Notes: generated from the letters alone by a model not told the origin. Shown: positions 46,830 to 56,964, numbered from the stretch's first letter. The stretch is 64,000 bases of DNA from Psychroserpens sp. (GCF_047633235.1 NZ_JBLIET010000014.1:1448-65447); one strand, 5' to 3'. Program-made: numbers and translations.

Positions 46830-49160
46830 TTAGTCATTATTTTGTGTGAATTCTAAAAAACGCTGAATGAAGTCTTCCCGTTCACTTTCGTCTTGCAATA
46901 AAAAGAATAATCCTAAAGAGCGTTCTAACTGCATTGAGACTTGTAAGTAATTATATGTCGCGTTAGCACTCGCCTGTTGTGCTTGTAAATAATTGTTTTG
47001 AGCATCTAGCAATTGCACAATATTTACTGCACCATTTGCATACGAGGTTTGTGTTAAGTCCAAAGCTTCTTTGGCTGTTTCTTCGAACACTTTCGATAAT
47101 TCAATATTAGAAATTTGATTTATCAAATCTAGTACCGAGTCATTAATCTTTTTCTCTATACTTAATTCAATATTTTCCTTCGAAACCTCAAGTTGTTCTT
47201 TTTGAATCGAAGCTATTTGTTTATTAATATTTTGCTTATTCTGATTAAATATTGGGAGTGATACATTTAGTCCCACGGTATAATAACCTTGAGGAAAATC
47301 ACCAAAAATAAAATCTGTCCCTGCTCCAACTCTTGAAAATTCATAATTATACTGAGCTTGTAAAGCCACTGTTGGCAAAAAACGTCCTGCGCCAAATAAT
47401 CGTTCACTGCGCTCTGTTGCTTTCAAATTAAAATCCAATACTTTAAGTTCAGGTGCGTTTACTAACGCTTCTTGCACCAAAAATTTCACAAACGGTTGTC
47501 GCAATTTAGGATCATCCAAAAACTGGCCAAGTTGCTCATACTTATAATTACTAAAAACGCCTTTTTGCAATTCTGCCTCTTCAACATCAATCTTAGTATC
47601 AATAGGATTATTTAGTAATTGATTAAGCGTGTAATAACCCTGCTCTAACTGATTAATGGCTTCTACCATTTGTTGTGTGTTCTGAGCCTTTTCAGACTTA
47701 AAACGCAACACATCAGATTTCCCTGATTGTCCAGCTTCATAGTTTTCAGTAGCAATCTTCAAATTGTATTTCGTGAGCTCTAAATTTTGATTTTGAATAG
47801 ATAAATTAGCTTTTAAAATTAAAGCAGTAAAATAGGCTGTTGCTGCATTGAATACGGTGTTAAGCGTTTCGCTGTTATAGTTTTCTTGTTGAGCATCTCG
47901 AAGAGATTTCTGTATGCTAATATTTGCATTTACCGCTTCAGAAAACAAGGTCTGCTCTAAAGTCACATTTCCAGACGTCACTAATTCTGGATTTTGCCCA
48001 TTGCTCACAGCTGCCAATTCTGGATCCAAATAAGTCCCTGTGGCACCCGCTGTAACATTAGGTAAATAATCGCTTTTTGCAAATTGTACCTCTTTTTGCG
48101 TTAAGCTTATATCTCGCTCTCTGGTTTGCAACTCTAAATTTTCAGTAATAACTTCTTGCATGACGCTAACTAGTGTATAGGTCTTATCAGCAACAATCTC
48201 TTTAGGGTTTCCAACGAAACTTGTGGTCGCTATTAGACTGTATTTAAGTGGCAAGCCAATTCTATCAGCAGTATTATAGTTAACCGTTAAGTTACTTTTA
48301 GATTCTAACTTAGTACTCAAACTAGATAAGTCATTGCCATTTACAACAGACTCCACAGTTAAAGCAATACGCCTAAAAAACTGATTCAATTGAGACTGAT
48401 CATGATTTGTTGCAAGAATACCGTTCATCACATCTTTTACAGGATTTGCTGAAAACGATGGTAATTTCTTTTCAATCAATACATTTGCTAGTTCTTTTAT
48501 TTCATCATCAGAAAAGTAAAATCCACCTGCTAAATATACCGCATCGATGTCATCAAGATTTGAAGTGATATCATCCAAAGATTCAAATGTGATAAGACGT
48601 ATTTCCAGATCTAACGCTAAACCTATCTTACTAAATGTTTCGGCTATTGGCAAATTATCTGTAAATGCTTTTTCTAGAACAACACCAACAGTTTTGGGGT
48701 TAGATAGTTTTTTAAGAAACTTCAAATCTTCAGTATAAGACTGTGACGTAATAATAGAAGTATAGTTTTCGATATTAGAAACAATAGTTTCATCGGTTAT
48801 TAACTCCTCACTTAAAGCTCCAAAAAGAATTGTTGGTTTCTCGTAAGTCCCAATTTTAGAAATTACTGCATTATTAATAACACCAAAGGCTATAATAATG
48901 TCAGTTTCATTTTGCAATAAGGTATTATAATTACTTAGTGCTCCCGCAGAATCAAAGTTATTGACTAATGTATTAGCAACAGGAAATTCTATAATAGCGT
49001 CTTCACCCACAACCGTCGATATTTCGTTTGAAAGCTCATATAATAAGGTTTCTATTTCGGCTGAGTTATTATCTAATAAAAATCCAACTTGATAGGTTTT
49101 AGTTTGCGAAAAAGCAAATGCAGCAACCATTAACATTACTATGAGAATGTGTTTTTTCAT
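46830..49160 (-). CDS. TolC-family outer-membrane factor fused to an N-terminal periplasmic-binding-protein-like domain
   Basis: The C-terminal ~440 aa show the duplicated TolC coiled-coil/barrel pattern. The N-terminal ~320 aa resemble PF04392-type ABC substrate-binding proteins (DIIIAFG, PTILFGA, KTVGVVLE, IDAVYLAGG). Confidence 0.8.
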   Translation of the reverse strand: MKKHILIVMLMVAAFAFSQTKTYQVGFLLDNNSAEIETLLYELSNEISTVVGEDAIIEFPVANTLVNNFDSAGALSNYNTLLQNETDIIIAFGVINNAVISKIGTYEKPTILFGALSEELITDETIVSNIENYTSIITSQSYTEDLKFLKKLSNPKTVGVVLEKAFTDNLPIAETFSKIGLALDLEIRLITFESLDDITSNLDDIDAVYLAGGFYFSDDEIKELANVLIEKKLPSFSANPVKDVMNGILATNHDQSQLNQFFRRIALTVESVVNGNDLSSLSTKLESKSNLTVNYNTADRIGLPLKYSLIATTSFVGNPKEIVADKTYTLVSVMQEVITENLELQTRERDISLTQKEVQFAKSDYLPNVTAGATGTYLDPELAAVSNGQNPELVTSGNVTLEQTLFSEAVNANISIQKSLRDAQQENYNSETLNTVFNAATAYFTALILKANLSIQNQNLELTKYNLKIATENYEAGQSGKSDVLRFKSEKAQNTQQMVEAINQLEQGYYTLNQLLNNPIDTKIDVEEAELQKGVFSNYKYEQLGQFLDDPKLRQPFVKFLVQEALVNAPELKVLDFNLKATERSERLFGAGRFLPTVALQAQYNYEFSRVGAGTDFIFGDFPQGYYTVGLNVSLPIFNQNKQNINKQIASIQKEQLEVSKENIELSIEKKINDSVLDLINQISNIELSKVFEETAKEALDLTQTSYANGAVNIVQLLDAQNNYLQAQQASANATYNYLQVSMQLERSLGLFFLLQDESEREDFIQRFLEFTQNND

Positions 49161-49185
49161 TGATTGTTTAGTTTTCTCTGGTACT

Positions 49186-49216
49186 CAAAATTACAGTATT
49201 GTTTTGAATAAAGCAA
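49186..49216 (-). promoter_or_regulatory. Candidate sigma-A promoter of the efflux operon (TTG-N20-TAATTTTG)
   Basis: On the minus strand, TTG (49216-49214) is followed by a 20-nt spacer and TAATTTTG (49193-49186), which is 25 nt before ATG 49160. Confidence 0.45.
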
Positions 49217-49299
49217 CTATCAACTTCGTAGTATTCTATTCCTAAATAGCTAGGGAACATTAAATTAAGATATAATCAAGTTGTAAAACACTCTTTAAT

Positions 49300-52200
49300 T
49301 TAAAATCCAAAACCTAATTTAAAAGCTAAACGCAAGCCGTCTTCACTACTAAAGGCAGAAATATTGGCGTTCATCATATTGGCCATGTTTACAAAAAAGC
49401 CTCCTCCAAAAGACGTATTCCAATCATTTCTATTAAAAGAAGCGTCGCCTACTAAATCATCTTCAATCCACACACGACCATAATCGGCACCTCCAAAAAC
49501 ACCAATACTAATAGGAATTACTCCTGTTTTCAAATCCATAAAATCCCATCGTACGTCAGAAGATTGAACAAAAGCACTTTTTCCTGTAAAGCGTTGATTT
49601 CTGTAACCACGTAATCCTGTATTAGCGCCTATAGTAGCAGCTTGATAAAACTCAAAGTCATCACCTAAATTAATATGTCCTCTTAAATTTGTTGCTAATA
49701 CTAATTGTCCGCTAGGAATTAATTTATAATCAAACCCCAACGTTGGTAATATATAAGAAAAACCCTTACTCGTTGAAATATTATTTATATACCCTACTTG
49801 CAAACCAAATTGCATACCTAAAGTAGGAAAAGCATCATTGTCTCTGTTTTCAAAATGATATTGTGTCTCTATACCATAGAATTCATCATTAATTTCAGTA
49901 TTATTTGGAATAAATTGATTTATAAATCGGCCTGAAGTTTCTTCAACTTCATTAGATTCAAAAAAAACACCTATTTTAAAACTAGCGCCTTGTTCGCCTC
50001 TCCAAATCAATGAAGGCATCGCTTTAAAGGTTCTTATTTTTACACGATTATAATCTAAATCTGTATCAAATCCGTCATCTTCATCTGCCTCTGGGTTAGG
50101 TGTACTGTTACCAAAACCAAAGAAATTTACAGCATAATTTGGACTATTGAAATGCACATCAAAGCCAAAATTAGTATGCCCTATAATATTAGCAAATTCC
50201 CCTTTATAATTAAAATCATAACCTTCAGTAGCAAAATAATATGCTGCTGAAATCGTGTGCTGAGACGTAAACGGGTTGCGTTCAAAACCATAAGCTGTAT
50301 AGGTATTACTAGCTCCTATTTTAAAACCATCATCTGGATTAGAGCCAATTGTTGGAAAAAGTTGATTGGTATTATTCTTTAATTTTTTATAATCATATAC
50401 GTTGATTTCATAATCATCACTTAATCGTAACTTAGCGTTTTGGGCTTGAGAAACATCATTGGATTTACTTTTATAATCGTATACAGTTATTTTACCACCA
50501 TCAGGAATAATGTAAATATCATTATTTTGGCCACCTATCAATCTTATTTTAATCTTAGTATTCTTACCTTTAACTTCAAAGACATCGTCATCATCTAGTC
50601 CATAAACCCAAATTTCCTTGGTATACTCTTTATTATAAACACGTTCATGAAACACCTCGCCCTTTTTTCCTTTTTTAATACGTTGTGCTACTATTTTAAC
50701 TTTCCCATCAGACAAACATTCTATTGTAAAATAATCATCTTTATTAGTCCCTTTTACTACTCCAAACGTATTAATCAATTTAAAATATCGATCTGAAATA
50801 GCTTGAAGATTACCTAATCTTGCTCTTAATTTTTGTTTAATCTCATCAAGACTTTCATCACGAACCTCTTCTGGAAAGTGTAAAAACGCGTCTTCAATGA
50901 CAGTATTGGTTATACCCTTTTGAATCGCCTTTACTTGAGTATCCCAAACTGCTTTATCTGAAGCTTGGATGAGTTCCATATCTAAAGGATAAGGCTCAAA
51001 ATTAACGCCTTGAACATCTACTAAATCATCATCATACTTCCTGAGTAATCTTGCTGTTGGAATGATAGCTACAGCAGCAGTCAATAAAGCACCGTCAGAC
51101 ATAATAGAGAAGGCTTGATCTCTATCTCGTGGCAAAGGGCGATATACTTTCTTACCATTCTCTTTAAACTCTATCCAACGCCATTGATCTTGATGTCTAT
51201 CCCAATCTCCTATTAGCATATCAAATAAACGTGCACGAATGTATGAGGCTTCATCAATAACAATATCTTCATCCTTATGGATTTTCTTCATCATATCATC
51301 TGTACTGACAACCTCATCCTGAAAGCCAAAACTTGCCAAATCACTATGCCCTTCTGAGGTATGCTCTTCAATCATATATAGTTCATCTCCAAACTCATCA
51401 TTATAATCACCTAATGTTTTTTGCTTCGGAATATAGTATAATACGGGGTTTGTATGATAAATACCTACAGCGTCAGATAATGTACCAATTGCAAAAGGCG
51501 CATAAGGATGGGAACCTGTAAAGACATCCAGAATTAAATCTTCAGTACTTGTATCATCAAATTGACCTTCAATATATTGATCTTTAAATAGGACAGCTTG
51601 TAAATATTGTACAGCATTTTTACGAAGTGCTCTCATGACGTATTGAGCACCATTTTTATCTTCAAGACGTAATGACTTAGATTGATTTCCGCCTCCTTTT
51701 CTCACCACTTTTAAGCCGCCATACATCGTATCTAAATTTACTGTTGGAGCAGACACTTGAGTACTGTACAATTTTCTATAACGATCTCCCCATAGAAATT
51801 TATGAGTCCTTGATTTATCTGTTTCTTCTTCGGAATAAATTGAGGCTACCATTTCCTTCGGAAAACTATCAGGATACGTTATTGATGATTTTTTTACATC
51901 TTGCTCGAGCACTTCAGTTTCAAAAACGATACTGTCATCATTAACCGAATAAAAACGCACATATGACGAACCGTCTTGAAACACATCCAGTCTTGCATAA
52001 CCTGGAGTTCCGTATGAGAATTGCCCACCTCCAATATTACGTGTAGCTGAAATCTTAGAACCAGACCCACTTACAATTTGTCGTAGATTATCTTCTATTA
52101 TATATTGCAGACTATGCTCATGACCAGATACAAAGACCACTTTTTTATTTTCTTGTGAGATGGTAACCAAACGTTTTTTAAACTCATTATAACGTTTGTT

Positions 52201-53001
52201 TTGTAAATCAACATTCGCAAGTCCACTCGTTTTTCTAATTATATTTTTTATTGTCCCAAGAATAGGAAGTGGTTTCATATGACTCCCAAATGTGAATTGC
52301 CCTCCATGAGGACCATTAGTATACATTGGATGGTGCAAAGCAACGATCGTTGTTTTACCTCTGGCTTTTTTTATTAGACTACTATATTCATCAAAAAAAG
52401 CCGTTCTTGTTTTAATCTCACAATCGTCATTAAGTGTTGGGTGATCATCCCAATTAGTGATATACCACTGACTATCAATAAGGATTAATTCGATATCGTC
52501 AGACACATGAATTTTTTCTATTGGACAACCATTTTCAGGCAAAAATGTGTTTTTTCCTAGCGCATCTTCCACATACTTTTCTTGTCTTTTCAGACCTTTA
52601 ACGCCATCACTATACCAATCATGATTACCAGGAATAAAAACAGTTCTTCCTTTAAAACCCTGATTAACGTCTGTTTGTGCTTTAAGACGTTTTTGCGCAA
52701 CTTCTCTGTACTTATGATTTTTATCTGGAAACCCGACAGGATAGATATTATCTCCTAAAAAAATAGCTGTACTATTTTCTGAAGCTTCATTTAATTCTAT
52801 TTTAAAGGCATTTAAAACTTCAGAAGATGCACCTCGTTCATAATTCCCTGCGTCACCAATTAAATAAAACGAATGTTCAATTTCTTTATCTGGCGATGTA
52901 TTAGACGCATTCTCGTTTTTATATTGAGGCTTATATGTCGCGCAAGCATTACACAATAGACTTAACATGAAAATAACTGCTAGTTGGTTGGCGTTTTTCA
53001 T
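49300..53001 (-). CDS. Purple-acid-phosphatase-like metallophosphoesterase fused to a C-terminal Omp85-type beta-barrel
   Basis: Lipoprotein-like signal LSLLCNAC. Phosphoesterase motifs are GDAGN, GDNIY, GNHDW, ALHHP and GHEHS. The C-terminal ~350 aa have alternating beta-strand character with an LRGY (Omp85 loop-6-like) motif and terminal FKLGFGF. Confidence 0.8.
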   Translation of the reverse strand: MKNANQLAVIFMLSLLCNACATYKPQYKNENASNTSPDKEIEHSFYLIGDAGNYERGASSEVLNAFKIELNEASENSTAIFLGDNIYPVGFPDKNHKYREVAQKRLKAQTDVNQGFKGRTVFIPGNHDWYSDGVKGLKRQEKYVEDALGKNTFLPENGCPIEKIHVSDDIELILIDSQWYITNWDDHPTLNDDCEIKTRTAFFDEYSSLIKKARGKTTIVALHHPMYTNGPHGGQFTFGSHMKPLPILGTIKNIIRKTSGLANVDLQNKRYNEFKKRLVTISQENKKVVFVSGHEHSLQYIIEDNLRQIVSGSGSKISATRNIGGGQFSYGTPGYARLDVFQDGSSYVRFYSVNDDSIVFETEVLEQDVKKSSITYPDSFPKEMVASIYSEEETDKSRTHKFLWGDRYRKLYSTQVSAPTVNLDTMYGGLKVVRKGGGNQSKSLRLEDKNGAQYVMRALRKNAVQYLQAVLFKDQYIEGQFDDTSTEDLILDVFTGSHPYAPFAIGTLSDAVGIYHTNPVLYYIPKQKTLGDYNDEFGDELYMIEEHTSEGHSDLASFGFQDEVVSTDDMMKKIHKDEDIVIDEASYIRARLFDMLIGDWDRHQDQWRWIEFKENGKKVYRPLPRDRDQAFSIMSDGALLTAAVAIIPTARLLRKYDDDLVDVQGVNFEPYPLDMELIQASDKAVWDTQVKAIQKGITNTVIEDAFLHFPEEVRDESLDEIKQKLRARLGNLQAISDRYFKLINTFGVVKGTNKDDYFTIECLSDGKVKIVAQRIKKGKKGEVFHERVYNKEYTKEIWVYGLDDDDVFEVKGKNTKIKIRLIGGQNNDIYIIPDGGKITVYDYKSKSNDVSQAQNAKLRLSDDYEINVYDYKKLKNNTNQLFPTIGSNPDDGFKIGASNTYTAYGFERNPFTSQHTISAAYYFATEGYDFNYKGEFANIIGHTNFGFDVHFNSPNYAVNFFGFGNSTPNPEADEDDGFDTDLDYNRVKIRTFKAMPSLIWRGEQGASFKIGVFFESNEVEETSGRFINQFIPNNTEINDEFYGIETQYHFENRDNDAFPTLGMQFGLQVGYINNISTSKGFSYILPTLGFDYKLIPSGQLVLATNLRGHINLGDDFEFYQAATIGANTGLRGYRNQRFTGKSAFVQSSDVRWDFMDLKTGVIPISIGVFGGADYGRVWIEDDLVGDASFNRNDWNTSFGGGFFVNMANMMNANISAFSSEDGLRLAFKLGFGF

Positions 53002-53073
53002 TTTAAAGAGTTTGATTTATAAAAATATTAATTCTCATTCTAATAGGTCTTAAAGATGTTCAATAAAGTCGTA

Positions 53074-54291
53074 TTAAGTAAGTTCTGTATCAATAATTAC
53101 TTCGCTTTGTAATGTTTTATGAACGGGACATTTTGAAGCAATTTCTTTTAATCGTTGTCTTTGCGACTCGTCTAAATCACCAATAAAAGTCAATTTTTTT
53201 GATAAATGATCAATTCTAGTCGGTTTATCCACGTCTAACATCAAATCATCACTATGTTTTTTAGAATAGGTGATGTGAGCATAGACTTCTTGTAAATCCC
53301 ATTTTTTACGCTCCGCATAAATTTTTAAAGTCATTACGGTACAAGCAGCCAATCCAGCACTGATAAAATCATAAGGCGAAGGCCCAAAGTCATCTCCTCC
53401 AACCGAATCTGGTTCATCTGCAATAAAATTATGTTTTGCCGTTTGAATGGTTGTTGTAAAATTATCTTCTTTCAAATTTAAATGCGCAACCAATTGCTCT
53501 CCTGAAGTATCTAACATTTTGTTTTCTTGCTGCGGAAAATATCGTTTTACCCAAGCACCTATTATATCTCCTGCATAAGAGCTGTCTCTAGTCTTTGATA
53601 ATAAATGATCTGCATCGTCAAGAGTCACGAAACTTTTTGGATGATGTGCATTGTTATATAATTGTTCTGCGTTTTTAATGCCAACTATAGTATCTGTTGG
53701 GGAATGTAAAATTAAGAGTGGTTTTCTTAAAGCTTTAACTACTGCAGGCAAATCGGTTTTATCAAAATCAGACACAAATTCTTCATCAATTTTAAAAGGT
53801 CTTCCTCCTATATTAACCGCGACTCGACCTTTATTTTTTATATCATCTATACCGTGGGAAAACAAATGCTTCACATGACTTATTGTTGCTGGAGCTCCAA
53901 CAGTTGCAACAGCTTTAATATTGTCTAATTTAGAAGCAGCCACTAAAACTGCTGCACCTCCCAGAGAATGGCCAACCAAAAGCGACGGTGCTTCATAATG
54001 TTCTTTTATAAAATCACTTACTGCTATCAAATCGTCAACGTTTGCCGAAAAATGACTATCAGCAAACTCCCCTTCACTTCTTCCTAATCCAGTAAAATCG
54101 AATCTTACAATTCCAAAACCGTGATTAGTAAGCGCTCTGCTAATGTTTCTCACTGCACTCAAAGAGCTACTGCATGTAAAACAATGCGCAAAAATGGCAA
54201 AGTAGTTCGGTTTTTGATTTGCTGGTAATTCCAAGTAAGCTTGAAGTTTATGACCTTTTTTATTTATTACTTTTAATTTCTGGTTTTTCAT
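53074..54291 (-). CDS. Alpha/beta hydrolase fused to an OsmC/Ohr-family peroxiredoxin-like domain
   Basis: Nucleophile elbow GHSLGG. The C-terminal OsmC-like half contains LAACTVMT and SKCPVHKT cysteines. Confidence 0.85.
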   Translation of the reverse strand: MKNQKLKVINKKGHKLQAYLELPANQKPNYFAIFAHCFTCSSSLSAVRNISRALTNHGFGIVRFDFTGLGRSEGEFADSHFSANVDDLIAVSDFIKEHYEAPSLLVGHSLGGAAVLVAASKLDNIKAVATVGAPATISHVKHLFSHGIDDIKNKGRVAVNIGGRPFKIDEEFVSDFDKTDLPAVVKALRKPLLILHSPTDTIVGIKNAEQLYNNAHHPKSFVTLDDADHLLSKTRDSSYAGDIIGAWVKRYFPQQENKMLDTSGEQLVAHLNLKEDNFTTTIQTAKHNFIADEPDSVGGDDFGPSPYDFISAGLAACTVMTLKIYAERKKWDLQEVYAHITYSKKHSDDLMLDVDKPTRIDHLSKKLTFIGDLDESQRQRLKEIASKCPVHKTLQSEVIIDTELT

Positions 54292-54301
54292 AATTGATCT
54301 A

Positions 54302-54826
54302 TTATAAGGCTGACGCCAACTTTAAATGACTTAATTTATCTAAATCAACAGCATCACTATAATAGTTTAATAGTAAAGTTAATTTAGGATTTATAAAGGT
54401 TTTACAAAATGGCTTCTCAGGATTGCTATAATAGTAATTTGTAATCTCTTCGTTTGACGCTTTAAAGGTCTCAAAATCTAAAACTTCAGTAATATAATCA
54501 TCGCCTTTATTTTTATTCAACTCAACTAAAATAGTTTCTACTTTTGTTCTTTGAATTTGAGAAAAGGTGTAGATCGCAGATCTATATTTGTAACGCATAG
54601 AATGATTTTTAGTGCTTTTGTGCGTCAATAAGTGAACATTAATTAGCAATTGAAGGTTAACTTTTTTCGGGTTATAATCAATATAAACACCTTCAGAAAA
54701 GCTTGAATTCTCATGATTGGATGCAATATAACCTTGCGCAACAGAAACGACGCCTTTCAAAGATTGAAAAACGGCTTCTGTACACCAATGGCACCCACCT
54801 CCAAAACCAATTATCTCAGTTTCCAT
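54302..54826 (-). CDS. msrA: Divergent MsrA-like peptide methionine sulfoxide reductase
   Basis: [14 protein letters not shown] (compare GCFWG of MsrA) and YRSAIY. The rest is divergent. Confidence 0.6.
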   Translation of the reverse strand: METEIIGFGGGCHWCTEAVFQSLKGVVSVAQGYIASNHENSSFSEGVYIDYNPKKVNLQLLINVHLLTHKSTKNHSMRYKYRSAIYTFSQIQRTKVETILVELNKNKGDDYITEVLDFETFKASNEEITNYYYSNPEKPFCKTFINPKLTLLLNYYSDAVDLDKLSHLKLASAL

Positions 54827-54859
54827 TTTACTTTCTTAAGTTACTAAAAATGTTTTAAG

Positions 54860-55141
54860 TTATTTTGTTACCTCCACACCTTTCCAAAAAGCAATATATC
54901 CCTTGATTGATTTTGCCAACTCAGAAACTTCAGGATAATACCACGCAGCATCTATATTTTCTTTTCCATTTACTTCTAAAGTATAATAAAACGCCTCTCC
55001 CTTCCAAGGGCACATGCTATGAGTTTTACTGGGTTTAAAAAACGCTTCTTTAATACTTTCACTAGGAAAATAATGGTTATTTTCAATCACGATTGTATGA
55101 TCACTCTCAGCAATAACTAGATGATTCCAAATGGCTTTCAT
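54860..55141 (-). CDS. DUF427 domain protein
   Basis: A 93-aa protein with NHYFP, CPWKGEAFYY and AAWYYP, typical of DUF427. Confidence 0.85.
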   Translation of the reverse strand: MKAIWNHLVIAESDHTIVIENNHYFPSESIKEAFFKPSKTHSMCPWKGEAFYYTLEVNGKENIDAAWYYPEVSELAKSIKGYIAFWKGVEVTK

Positions 55142-55402
55142 TGTCTATTAATTTATAATTGTTTAAAAATTGAATTACTTTTTGTTCTTCCATTTCGCAA
55201 GGTTTCAATAAGTCTCTATTTGATGTTACATAATAATTTAGGCTTATAAAATTATTTCCTGCTAATTCTTCTGCATACACTTTTATACTTTTATACTTTT
55301 TCCAGAATTAAAGTCGGTTCTTGTAACTCCATATTTTGTATTCTGAAATACAACTGCGCTATACCCTTTTGGCAAATTTTGAATACGTTCTAAAATTGAC
55401 AT
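55107..55402 (-). pseudogene. Small conserved-looking ORF interrupted by an 8-bp tandem duplication (frameshift)
   Basis: The ATG at 55402 overlaps the selO stop (TAATG). The frame gives MSILERIQNLPKGYSAVVFQNTKYGVTRTDFNSGKSIKV then a stop. Removing one ACTTTTAT unit (55279-55294) restores about 95 codons, continuing YAEELAGNNFISLNYYVTSNRDLLKPCEMEEQKVIQFL. Confidence 0.65.
55279..55301. repeat. 8-bp tandem repeat ACTTTTAT x2 plus a partial third copy
   Basis: The plus strand reads ACTTTTAT ACTTTTAT ACTTTTT. Confidence 0.95.
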
Positions 55403-56964
55403 TATGAACTACAAGATAACATGGAACATCCTACTTTATGTCTTGCCCAATCGGGTCGTTTAGCAAACCACTTTTCGTATTCTGGTTGCTCAGCATACGG
55501 TTGTTTTAAAACTTGAAATAACTCGTCAATCAATTTATAGTTGCCTTTATTCGCATCATCAATAGCTAATTGAGACATATAATTTCTGAGCACATATTTT
55601 GGATTAACAGCATTCATTCTTTCTTTTCGATCAGTATTAGAAAGCGACTCATCTATCAATCTTACATCATAGCTTTTAAACCAATCTCTCCATTGTTGAG
55701 CAATTGTGTCTGACACTTCATTAGGCACATAAAATGAATCCTCAACAATCTGTAATCCTTTTCCAGCGTCTCCTAATTTGAAATTACTTAAATTTCGGAA
55801 GAATATCGTCATATCAGTTTCTGTGAGTAACAAAACATCTTCTAACCTTTGAATCAATTCATTGTCTTTGTCGTCATTTACCATCAAACCTAATTTAGAA
55901 CACATCATTTCTAAAGATTTCTTTTCAAAATCAATTTTATAATTCTCAAGAACTTCTTCTAAAGGCTCTACTTCTTCAATAAGTGGATACAATGCATTGG
56001 CGAGTTGATACAAATTCCAAAGCCCAATATTAGGCTGATTACCAAACCTGTATCGCTTATGTTGCTTATCGGTTGTGTTTGGTGTCCAGCCAAAATCAAA
56101 TCCTTCTAGCCATCCATAAGGTCCAAAATCTATGGTTAGTCCTAGAATAGACATATTATCTGTATTCATAACACCATGCACAAAACCAACACGTTGCCAA
56201 TGGACAATCATCTCGAGTGTACGTTTCGATACTTCAGCAAAGAACTTAATATAATTCTCTTTTGAAGGTGTTCCTATCTTTGGAAAATGATGCCTTATGG
56301 TATAATCAACTAAAGTTTTAAGGGTTTTATGATCTTTCCTAGCTGCGAAGATTTCAAAATTTCCGAAGCGTAAAAACGAAGGCGCTACACGACAAACAAT
56401 GGCTCCTCTTTCAAAAGCCTGATTGCCATCATACAACATATCTCTCATAACCTCGTCTCCAGACAACCCCAACGATAATGCTCTTGTTGTTGGCACACCT
56501 AAATGAAACATCGCCTCGCTGCACAAATACTCTCTAATTGAAGAACGCAAGACAGCTAAGCCATCTGCAGTTCTAGAATATGGTGTTTCTCCAGCACCTT
56601 TAAGTTGAACGGCCCAATGTTTATCATTATGTTCGACTTCAAATAAATTTATAGCTCTGCCGTCACCTAATTGTCCAGCCCAATTTCCAAATTGATGTCC
56701 TCCATAACACATTGCATAGGGTGTTGTGTTTTCTAAGACCTTATTACCTGTAAATACTTTGGTAAAGGTTTCACTATCAACATCTGCTTCAGAAATCCCT
56801 ATTTGAGACGACATATCTTCAGAAACATGAAGTATTTCAGGGTTTTTAGTCTGCTTAGGATTAACATATGAAAAACAGGCCTCCTTGACCTGACGTCTAG
56901 AATTATCTATAACTAGATCAGCAGGAAGTTCTTTTGTGAATTTATTTTTTAAGTTGAGTTTCAT
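55402..56964 (-). CDS. selO: SelO/YdiU-family protein adenylyltransferase (AMPylase)
   Basis: YGGHQFGNWAGQLGDGRA, VMNTDNMSILGLTIDFGPYGW, and a C-terminal CSMLSCSS with Cys at the position of Sec in eukaryotic SELENOO. Confidence 0.92.
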   Translation of the reverse strand: MKLNLKNKFTKELPADLVIDNSRRQVKEACFSYVNPKQTKNPEILHVSEDMSSQIGISEADVDSETFTKVFTGNKVLENTTPYAMCYGGHQFGNWAGQLGDGRAINLFEVEHNDKHWAVQLKGAGETPYSRTADGLAVLRSSIREYLCSEAMFHLGVPTTRALSLGLSGDEVMRDMLYDGNQAFERGAIVCRVAPSFLRFGNFEIFAARKDHKTLKTLVDYTIRHHFPKIGTPSKENYIKFFAEVSKRTLEMIVHWQRVGFVHGVMNTDNMSILGLTIDFGPYGWLEGFDFGWTPNTTDKQHKRYRFGNQPNIGLWNLYQLANALYPLIEEVEPLEEVLENYKIDFEKKSLEMMCSKLGLMVNDDKDNELIQRLEDVLLLTETDMTIFFRNLSNFKLGDAGKGLQIVEDSFYVPNEVSDTIAQQWRDWFKSYDVRLIDESLSNTDRKERMNAVNPKYVLRNYMSQLAIDDANKGNYKLIDELFQVLKQPYAEQPEYEKWFAKRPDWARHKVGCSMLSCSS

